DNA of 44,635 nt from positions 1-44,635 of the forward strand of contig CAZKAC010000033.1 in assembly GCA_964550725.1 (NCBI GenBank). The letters run 5' to 3'. Positions 17,771 to 26,400 of the stretch are shown here, in pieces. Positions within the stretch are counted from its first letter, which is position 1. Each line of letters begins with the position of its first letter. This DNA comes from an uncultured archaeon (GTDB taxonomy: Archaea; Iainarchaeota; Iainarchaeia; Iainarchaeales; JAAZKV01). Both the position numbers and the translations under genes were made by a program. The notes under the pieces were generated by a model. The model did not search any database, had not been told where the DNA came from, and worked only from the letters and a program-made list of their open reading frames with translations.

Positions 17771-20346
17771 TGAAACAAAACAGCATTTTTATTATTTTAA
17801 TAATTCTTATTTTATTTAGTATGATTAGTTATGCTAATACTGTAGAACATTGTTTTAGAATAGATATTAAACGAAATGTAAACTCAAATATTTATTCTAG
17901 TGAAGCTGTTTGTGTAGGCGCAGATAATTGTGGGGGATATGATTACATATTTGTTCCCGGTTCAAAATATGGAATTACAGAAATAGGCAAATTTACATAT
18001 GCTTGCCAAAATGGAGCAGGAAGTTCATTAAAAGAATTTGTTGTAATGAAAAATCTTACTAAAAACACAATTCTTGGAACTAATTCACCAACTAATAAAC
18101 CAGGAAATTCAACAGCAAGATATTGTAAAAAAAATAATAATATTTGTTACCTTTCAAACGGAAAACCAATACCCCAATGGCCAAGTTGTTCATCAGGTTC
18201 TTCAAAAATAGGCACTGGAATAAATAATGAAATTTATTATACTTTTAATCAAAATGATTTGGGCGAAAATATTATTACAACAGAATACCCAAGATTACCA
18301 ATTACTGGAGCTTCAATTAATAGCATGTCTTATAATACTCTAAATACTAAAAAAATTCTTGTTGCCAATCCTTCATTTTTAGTTTTAGGCCAAGGCCCTA
18401 AGGTTTTAAACGCAACATTTGAAAATACTGGAAATTATACTCAAGAAGTAATATTTACTTTATTAAACAAATCTTTCTTTGAAAATACATTAGTTGATTA
18501 TAACATTGTTTGTGATAATCCAAAAGTAACTTGTACAATAGATAATTCTTATAAAAATCAAAACTTTAAAATTAAACCTGGAAATGCAATGATAATTAGG
18601 GGAGAGATAACTATTGCTGTTGAAGAATTACCTTTACAATTTACTACTAAACTTGATATTGAATATTCTGCAAAAGGAATAAAAGATTGCCCAGGAACTA
18701 ATAATGGAAATGACATGAATTGTAATATTTCTTCACATCCAACAGTTTTCCAAATAGGTAAACTTGATCAACAAGATTTTCAAGTAGAATTAATAGGATC
18801 TTCTACTCAAACTGCATGTGTTGGACCAGGAGGATTGCTTGGACAAACTGGTGAAAATGTTGCTCCAAAAATTAATATTGAATTTGGAGGGGGAATTGGT
18901 GAAGATGGTAAAAGAATCCAAATAGATGAATGTGATGTTAAAAAAATCCTTGATACTACAGAAGATGGGCGATATGATTCATTTGATACATTAAATGAAA
19001 ATTATGTTTATTGTTCTCAGAAAGAATTTTTAATTGAATTAGCTAGAAAAATTGAAAGAATTGCTGAAATAAAACAAGAAATTGTTGAAATTGGTTTTAC
19101 TCCTCAACTTCAAGAACAACTCTCAAAATTAAGAATTGAAGAAGCAAACCTTCGTTCATTTGAAGCATATATAAGAGAACAAAATTTTGATAATGAATCA
19201 ATTAGTGAATCTATAGATGAATTAAACTTAGAATTGTTTGAAAATATTGGACTTGGCCCTGCATTCACAACTGACAATGATTTATTACAAGATAGATTAT
19301 CTTCACTTTTTAATGGTAGTGAATTTAATACTATCAGTGCTACTGAAGGAAAATATAGAATAACTATTGATTTGAATGATTTGGTAGAAGAAGGATTAGT
19401 TGATACTGGCACTGGGAGCGGTGTTAATTTATTATTTCCAACATTAAACGAATCTGAATTAAATCAAAACTTAAAAATATTATTAAAACTTGAAAAAATT
19501 TCTAACCCTGAATTTGACTGGTTTTTTTACAAACAAGGAAATGAAGATATTTCGGATAATTTTATGAATATTATTACAAATGCTGACGCTGATTTAACAA
19601 ATATGCGAAAAAGAGGAGTTGTTTTAGAATATTTTGATAGTGAAAAAATAAACAATGATGATTATACTGGGAACATATTTGTAACTTATGCAGTCCCTGC
19701 TTTTGTAAAAATAAAAGGTGATTCTCAAGGAGATACAAATGTTTCTTTTATTGTTTCTGGTGATGTTCAAACAGGCTATGGAAATAATGATTATAATTCA
19801 TTTACTTTATGGAGTGGTTTTGCAAGTACTTTAGGAGAAGGATGTTCATCAATTCTTAACCCTACAGGAAAAGATCCTTTACCATTTAGACTTCCAGATG
19901 TAAGAAATAACATTTTAGGAGGTACTGGAATTTCTTTTATGATTGAAGATTATGCACAAGTTACTCCTAATAGTGAAATGTTTTTAGAAACAGTATTTTA
20001 TTTACCAATGAAACCAGATTATTCAACTGGACAAACCGCTAATATTAATTGGAGTGAAAAAGATTTATTCTTTACCAAATCAGGAGTTTGCACAAACCCT
20101 TGTCAAATTAATCCAACTTTAACTAATTATAAAATAGATAATTCTCCAAAAGGATTATTACAAAATATTTTTGACAACATTAAAGATGGAAATATTTGTA
20201 TACACAATAACATAACTGCACAAGGGAATAATTGGAGTATGTTTTGGAATCAAGAAAAAATACTTCAAGATTTAACAGAAGCAAAAATAAATGCACTTAC
20301 AAATTCAGAAGCAACAGAATGTGAATTAACTGTAAAAGTTTCATAA
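17770..20346 (+). CDS. Secreted Cys-rich 858-aa protein, third gene of the surface-protein module
   Basis: The ATG at 17770 overlaps the upstream TAA (taATG) and is preceded by AGGGG. Signal peptide MKQNSIFIILIILILFSMISYA. There are many Cys and N-x-S/T sequons, plus a central helical segment (EFLIELARKIERIAEIKQEIVEIG..LSKLRIEEANLRSFEAYIREQ). The track start 17695 lies inside the previous gene. Confidence 0.8.
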   Translation: MKQNSIFIILIILILFSMISYANTVEHCFRIDIKRNVNSNIYSSEAVCVGADNCGGYDYIFVPGSKYGITEIGKFTYACQNGAGSSLKEFVVMKNLTKNTILGTNSPTNKPGNSTARYCKKNNNICYLSNGKPIPQWPSCSSGSSKIGTGINNEIYYTFNQNDLGENIITTEYPRLPITGASINSMSYNTLNTKKILVANPSFLVLGQGPKVLNATFENTGNYTQEVIFTLLNKSFFENTLVDYNIVCDNPKVTCTIDNSYKNQNFKIKPGNAMIIRGEITIAVEELPLQFTTKLDIEYSAKGIKDCPGTNNGNDMNCNISSHPTVFQIGKLDQQDFQVELIGSSTQTACVGPGGLLGQTGENVAPKINIEFGGGIGEDGKRIQIDECDVKKILDTTEDGRYDSFDTLNENYVYCSQKEFLIELARKIERIAEIKQEIVEIGFTPQLQEQLSKLRIEEANLRSFEAYIREQNFDNESISESIDELNLELFENIGLGPAFTTDNDLLQDRLSSLFNGSEFNTISATEGKYRITIDLNDLVEEGLVDTGTGSGVNLLFPTLNESELNQNLKILLKLEKISNPEFDWFFYKQGNEDISDNFMNIITNADADLTNMRKRGVVLEYFDSEKINNDDYTGNIFVTYAVPAFVKIKGDSQGDTNVSFIVSGDVQTGYGNNDYNSFTLWSGFASTLGEGCSSILNPTGKDPLPFRLPDVRNNILGGTGISFMIEDYAQVTPNSEMFLETVFYLPMKPDYSTGQTANINWSEKDLFFTKSGVCTNPCQINPTLTNYKIDNSPKGLLQNIFDNIKDGNICIHNNITAQGNNWSMFWNQEKILQDLTEAKINALTNSEATECELTVKVS

Positions 20347-20388
20347 AAAAAAATTTATGTTAAAAAAGTTAATTAAATTAAAAAATAA

Positions 20389-21216
20389 TCAATTTGAAAA
20401 CAAGCCCACCCAAATCAAAAATAATGCAATAATTATTAATAAAATTAAAAACCAATTACTCATAAACATATTTGTTAAAGAACTTAAAAATTCTTTTTTT
20501 TTAGTTTTTTCAATTATTTTTTTTGATGTAATAATTGAAACTTTTTTTCCTTTATTTTTAGTAAATTTACCACTTTCAACAAGTAATTCTTTTGTATATT
20601 CTATCCATTTTTTTGGATCCTTTAAATCATTAATTGTTTCTTTTGTTAATTCAACAAATCCTTTTTCTCTTTCAGGAACCTCATCAATCCCATAAACCTT
20701 ACCATCCACTGCGTTTATTTTAATATTAAAAATTCCCTCTTTTACCTCGACAAAAGTTTCATAAAAAGGAATTAATACTTTTTTTACATTTGAAATAACT
20801 ACATTTTCTTTAGGAACATGAAAATATTCCGCAATTTTAAATTGAATAATTTCACTTTGTTCTTTTTTATCAATGGTTGTTTCTTTTTCTTCAAATGGAA
20901 TTAAAGGAGCCTCATTTGAAACATCTTTGATATTTGATTTAACTAAATTTGATAAATCTTTTTCAACAGAAACACTTTCACCATTTAATAACAAAAACCC
21001 ATCAACTGAACTTTCAATAATCTTCTCACCATTAACTTCTTTTTCTTTAAAATAATGATAATTAAACAAAAAATAGGGCACGAGACTTAATTTCAATGTG
21101 GCTATTTTAAATTCGTGCCAATTTTTTTCTTTTATAGAGGACTCTATATCTTTCGCAACTTTTTTTCCTGTTACTTTTAAAGGCAACAGGGGGCTGCCAA
21201 CATACAAAAAATTCAC
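20389..21216 (-). CDS. Tail-anchored membrane protein of unknown function, translationally coupled to sepF
   Basis: 275-codon ORF with no internal ATG until near its end. A GTG start at 21216 overlaps the sepF stop (GTGA). Single C-terminal TM helix (WFLILLIIIALFLIWVGLF). No family recognised. Confidence 0.6.
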   Translation of the reverse strand: MNFLYVGSPLLPLKVTGKKVAKDIESSIKEKNWHEFKIATLKLSLVPYFLFNYHYFKEKEVNGEKIIESSVDGFLLLNGESVSVEKDLSNLVKSNIKDVSNEAPLIPFEEKETTIDKKEQSEIIQFKIAEYFHVPKENVVISNVKKVLIPFYETFVEVKEGIFNIKINAVDGKVYGIDEVPEREKGFVELTKETINDLKDPKKWIEYTKELLVESGKFTKNKGKKVSIITSKKIIEKTKKKEFLSSLTNMFMSNWFLILLIIIALFLIWVGLFSN

Positions 21217-21578
21217 TGTCCTTTTCTTTTAATTATTTTAACTCTTGAAGGAGTAATAAGAATTCGATCTTCAGAAATTCTAGCAATATCCCCATCCATT
21301 TCATCAATTTGTTGTTTAATTAATGAAACAAGTTCTTTCAATTTCAAAGCATTTCTTTTAGAAAGATCACTTATATTAACTAATGCAATATTTCCATTCT
21401 TTACTTCATTAACTATTGCATCTGCATCTGTTTCAACAATTAAATCCATTGGTTTCACAAATGCATCAGCATTATCATATGTTTCTTCTGGTTCTTCATC
21501 AAGAGTATTCAAAAATTCTTCAATATCTACTCCTTCCTCTTTTGCCATTACTTTATTAAATAAACCCAAAAATACCAC
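21213..21578 (-). CDS. sepF: Cell division protein SepF (archaeal FtsZ membrane anchor)
   Basis: N-terminal amphipathic MVFLGLFNKVM, acidic linker, then the SepF/DUF552 core: IALVNISDLSKRNALKLKELVSLIKQQIDEMDGDIARISEDRILITPSRVKI. Confidence 0.8.
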   Translation of the reverse strand: MVFLGLFNKVMAKEEGVDIEEFLNTLDEEPEETYDNADAFVKPMDLIVETDADAIVNEVKNGNIALVNISDLSKRNALKLKELVSLIKQQIDEMDGDIARISEDRILITPSRVKIIKRKGQ

Positions 21579-21956
21579 CCCTTTCCAAATATATAAAATT
21601 CTTGGTAAATATTAGTAATTCTTATACAAAATGTATTTAAACCTAAAGCAAATAGTGTTTTTTAAACAAAAAAAGTTTAATAATAAAAATAATGTAAAAA
21701 ACAAGCAAATCTTACATAAGAACTAACTAAACAATAATAAAAATTTTAAATTTAAAAAAAAATTAAAAAAAATATTGAAAGTTAGAAAACCAAACCCTAA
21801 AGGTATTAATTTCAGATAGCCATACTATTAGTGGAAGTTTAATAGTGGAAGTTCTTTATTGGAATTTACCTATAAAAGTGGTGAGCTCCCTAAAATAGGG
21901 TGTAAAATAAAAAAAAATAATTAATTTAAAAAATTTAACAAATAAGGGGTCTTTAT
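21579..21956. other. Candidate replication origin (oriC) in the sepF-cdc6 intergenic region
   Basis: 378-bp non-coding gap directly upstream of orc1/cdc6. It has an almost pure A/T tract (about 21735-21780: aaattttaaatttaaaaaaaaattaaaaaaaatattgaaa). This is followed by tandem boxes resembling the archaeal mini-ORB core (c)AGTGGAAA. Confidence 0.55.
21827..21868 (+). repeat. Three 14-bp-phased direct repeats: atTAGTGGAAGTTt / aaTAGTGGAAGTTc / ttTATTGGAATTTa (ORB-like boxes)
   Basis: Read directly. TAGTGGAAGTT occurs at 21829-21839 and 21843-21853, with a degenerate copy TATTGGAATTT at 21857-21867. A fourth partial box aAGTGGtGA lies near 21876-21884. Confidence 0.8.
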
Positions 21957-23168
21957 ATGGAAATGAATCTTTTTGAAAAACAATTAACAAAACAATCAGT
22001 TTTTATAAATAAAGATATTATCTCCCCGCACCACATCCCTGAAAGATTACCATTTAGAGAAAAACAAATTGAAGACATTACTCAAGGATTGGCAGCAGTA
22101 GCAAATTCATCCAAACCAAATAATCTTTTTGTATATGGTAAAACGGGCACTGGAAAAACATCAACCGTAAAATTTGTTACCGACCAACTAAGAGAATTTG
22201 TTTCTAAAAGAAGTTTACCTGTACATTCAACATACATTAATTGTAGAAGTCATTCTTCAAAATATAAAGTTTTACTAAAAGCAGTTCGTTCATTTTATCC
22301 AACAAATGATTTTTTGGGATATAGCGCATCTTTTGTTTATGAAAAATTATTAGATTTTACTTCACAAAACTCAGCACACATAATATTAATTCTTGATGAG
22401 ATTGATAAAGTAAAAGACATTGATGAATTAGTTTATTCTTTGAGCAGAGGAAATGATGAATTAGAAAATGGATCTATTACTTTAATTGGAATCTCAAATA
22501 ATTTAATGTTTAAAGATAAACTTGATCCACGTTCTAAAAGTTCATTATGTGAAAGAGAAATGGTTTTTTCTCCTTATAATGCAACTGAACTTAAAGAAAT
22601 TCTTTTTGAAAGATGTGAAAAAGCATTTTGCCCAGGAGCCATTAAAGAATCAGCACTTAGTTTAGCTGCTGCTATTGCTGCTCAAGAATCAGGAGATGCC
22701 AGAACAGCCGTAATGTTGTTACAAAGAGCTGGAGAAATTGCAGATAAAGATCAAGTAACAATTGTTGATGAAGACTATGTTGAAAAGGCAAAAGCTTCGG
22801 TTGAAGAAGAAATTATTTTTTCAATGATTTCTACATTGCCAGAACAACAACAAATGGTTTTATATGCAATGTCTCAAATGACCTTGCAACGAAAAGGATT
22901 GAGAAAAATTAATGGAGAAATTGAAGAAGGCGTTCTTTATAGTGGTGAAATATTTGAAAATTATCTTGAACTTGGCAAAAAAATGGATAAACGCCCAATA
23001 ACCAGTAGATGGTATCGCCAATACATTAATGAACTAGAAATGTATGGTTTGATTTTAGTAACAAGTTCAGGAAAAGGAATTAAAGGACAAACAAGATTAA
23101 TTAAACTAGGATACGATGCTTCAAGAATAAAAGTTGCTTTAGAAAAAGAATTATTTAAAAATTTTTAA
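21957..23168 (+). CDS. cdc6: Orc1/Cdc6 replication initiator (AAA+ ATPase with C-terminal winged helix)
   Basis: Walker A YGKTGTGKTS and Walker B ILILDEIDK. Typical N-terminal L..FREKQI motif (LPFREKQIEDI). Sensor region GDARTAVMLLQRA. C-terminal wH domain. Confidence 0.93.
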   Translation: MEMNLFEKQLTKQSVFINKDIISPHHIPERLPFREKQIEDITQGLAAVANSSKPNNLFVYGKTGTGKTSTVKFVTDQLREFVSKRSLPVHSTYINCRSHSSKYKVLLKAVRSFYPTNDFLGYSASFVYEKLLDFTSQNSAHIILILDEIDKVKDIDELVYSLSRGNDELENGSITLIGISNNLMFKDKLDPRSKSSLCEREMVFSPYNATELKEILFERCEKAFCPGAIKESALSLAAAIAAQESGDARTAVMLLQRAGEIADKDQVTIVDEDYVEKAKASVEEEIIFSMISTLPEQQQMVLYAMSQMTLQRKGLRKINGEIEEGVLYSGEIFENYLELGKKMDKRPITSRWYRQYINELEMYGLILVTSSGKGIKGQTRLIKLGYDASRIKVALEKELFKNF

Positions 23169-23190
23169 TTTTTATATTGTTCAAGAATTT

Positions 23191-23448
23191 CTAGTTTTTA
23201 TAAATTTTTTCAAGCCAAATTTTTTTAAATATGCCCAAACCAAGTGTGGAAAGTAAAAATCCGATTGTTGGAACAATCGCATTTACAAAAGCATTTGGCA
23301 GTCCTGCAACAATAAAGAATGAAACTACAGTAGCATAAGTAATTACTGCGATAACAATCTTTCTTGTTAGAGATGTTTCCCACGCTTTATCAGTTTCAAC
23401 TTTTCTGTTTCTTTTCTTAATTTCCTCAATTTCTTTTTTTATATTCAT
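23191..23448 (-). CDS. Small two-TM membrane protein of unknown function
   Basis: The ATG at 23448 is preceded by GTGATTTTT (the track start is that GTG). Two hydrophobic helices follow a basic N-terminus (IVIAVITYATVVSFFIVAGL, IVPTIGFLLSTLGLGIF). It lies 6 nt downstream of the DP2 stop. Confidence 0.55.
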   Translation of the reverse strand: MNIKKEIEEIKKRNRKVETDKAWETSLTRKIVIAVITYATVVSFFIVAGLPNAFVNAIVPTIGFLLSTLGLGIFKKIWLEKIYKN

Positions 23449-23453
23449 AAAAA

Positions 23454-26400
23454 TCACATAAACTCAAATAAACTTTTTTGCTTAACTTTATCATTATTAA
23501 AAATTGAATCAATCTCTTTTTCAATCATATCTAATCTTTGAATTAAATAAGAACTTAAATTTTCTTGTTTTGCCATATTTTGTGCAATTTTTAAATACTT
23601 TCTTACTGAGCCTTGGTGGATAGTTAGTATGATTGCATTTTTTCCACACTTATAACATTTTCCACTTAAAGGAACACGCCTATATTTTTCGTTACAATTT
23701 GTACATCTAAAAGTTTGCCGTGAAAATGCACGAGCATTACCAATTATATCCGGAAGAAAGTGTGAACCCATTACTTTTTCTAAACAATCTTTTGAATCAA
23801 CCGCCATAATCTTTTTTTGTAATATATTCTGACGCATAATTTTTTCTTCCATTGTTTTTAGTTGAATGTATCTTGAAGTTTTAGGCCCTTCATCAAAAGT
23901 ATCAGTATCATGAGTAAACCCAATCCCAGTATATTGATTATCTTGTCCAATTTTATTTTTTACAATTTCAATATTTTTTAAAAAAGGATCACAAATTTTT
24001 GATGCTTTTTCATAAAAATCTAAAGGATACTCAAAAACAGTTTCCATTTCATGAACCTCATCGTCAATTTCATTAGGTGAAATGATTGTTGAAAATACAA
24101 TTGGAGCATCCATTTTTCCACCATTTCTATTTGCTAAATATTTTTGAGAAAAATTAAGCAATCCATCCATCATTAACATTACTGAATCTTGATCCCCATC
24201 ACAATCATAAATAGCCAAATTACCATGCCCTCCAATAAAATTTTTCTCTTTTTCAACTATCAAATCGAAAACTTTCCCATACCCATTAATTTCTTTTATT
24301 TCTTTCAACTCATCAATAACAAAATCTCCAAAAAAAGAGGTTCTTTTATGAGTGAATGTTTTTTTGTTTAAACTTTTGAAAACTTTTTTCTTTTTTCCGA
24401 ATAATAATTTTCCAATTTTTAAAATATCTGTGGAATACAATCTTATTTCTTGGGAAATATAGTTTATGGGTTTTTTATAATAATTAATTAGTTCCCCTTT
24501 AAGGAGTGTTCTTTTTTGTTCCATTAAATGTGGAAAATATCCTAACTGGTTTAATAAAAAACTCAGTTGATTAATCATTTTTTTGTTAACTGAACTGATT
24601 CTTATAGAATTTTGTGAGATAAATCCATCACCAACAATAAAACCGGCGATTAGTCCGGAAATAAACAAATCATTTGAATTTATTATTTTGGGAGAAATTT
24701 TTTTATTTTTTGCTCTTTTTCCTGATTCAAGAACATCAACAAACAAATCATAAAACACTCTTCCTGAAATAGTTATATAATCTAAAACCATATTTTTTGT
24801 TTTTCTTTTTTCAATTGTTGGTTTTTTACCGATTTTTTCAAAGAAAGAAACTATTTTTTCCGTTATTTCCTTTTCAGCAGATATAAAATTTACTTGATAA
24901 ACATATTTTTTGTTTTTGCCATTATTTGTTGTTCGGGCATAACCATCACTCAAAAATAACCCCACTATTTCCCCAAATTCCTTATCTAAAATTATTTTTA
25001 CAGGAATTCTGGATTTTTGTTTCATATAATATATTTTTTTTGCAAAATGTATTCCGAAATATGAATAAATTTTTTCATATAACTCTAGAGGCAGCGCATC
25101 AAAACTCAACGCGGTGTGAATTGATTTCCCTGATTTGTAATTAATTTTTTTTGCAAAAACACCATACCCTATTTTTAATATTTTTTCATGAACAATTTTT
25201 TTATTGTCTCCGAGAGAGATTCTTAAATTGTTTTTGTTTTCTTTTTTTGAATAAAAATCAAATAAATTTATTTCATTATTTTTTTGAAAAGGAATTTTTT
25301 GTTTTAAAGAAAGTAATTTATCACCAATTGTCAAATCAGAAATTTTTTGGTGAGTAATACAATTATTTTTTAGAACCATTAATTCATGGTCTTTTGTTAA
25401 TTTTAATTCTCTACCATATTTAGTTTTAACTGAAAATATTTTTTTGGGAGATTTTCTGGCAGTTATTCCAGTTATTTTTCTTTTTTCTAATTTTCCTTTT
25501 GAATTGATTGTAAAAGTATTAATGTTATTTAATTCTTCCAATTTTTTTCCTTTCGAGAGGGAACCAATTTCAACAAAACCAATTTTTCCATTTTTCTCAA
25601 CAAGAATTGGTGTTTCAAAAACTAAACAATTCCTCCTTTTTGCACAAACAAAATAAGGATGTCCATAACCAAGCCTTGATTTTGTATAACCAATTACTCT
25701 TGCAGTTACTGCTGCTGATGTGTGCGGAGCTAATCCAAGAACCAATACTCCAATTAAATCATCTTTTGTTTTTGCATTATAGAATGGAGCTAATTTATAA
25801 AATCGTTCTAATTCATCATCAATAAATCTAGATACATTTAACATCCAATCCCCACAAGTTTCATTTACAATTATGTCTTGAGGAAACATTTCAACTATTT
25901 GTTCGGGATCAGTAAGATCTTTTCCAAAAATGTCTTTTAAGTATCCAAACTCACGAGCTTTTTCAATAGTCATATTTATTTCTCTAGGTTTAAAATGAGT
26001 AATTGTAGCATTTAATAATTCAAACCTTGATGTACCATCACGAAAAATATGCACATTATGTCTTGCTCTTAAAATTGCTTTTTCCAAAGGTTCAGTTTCT
26101 TTTATATCAGAAATCATACCTTTTACTCCCTTTACAATTTCTGGCATTGGTACTCTTAAATTATCTTTTGCGATTTCAAACATTTTTCTCAAATTAACTT
26201 CATGTTCCCCCGAAGGAACTGTTTGCGAACCACATTTCATGCATTTTTCACCCGAGACACTTTTACCACAAGTTCTACAATATTGCATTAATTTTGTTCT
26301 CTCCCCACACGCAAGACAATGAGATAAAAAAGTTAATTTATTACATTTAATACATTTATATTCTGCAATATCAATATTTATTTTCCCAGATTCATTATTG

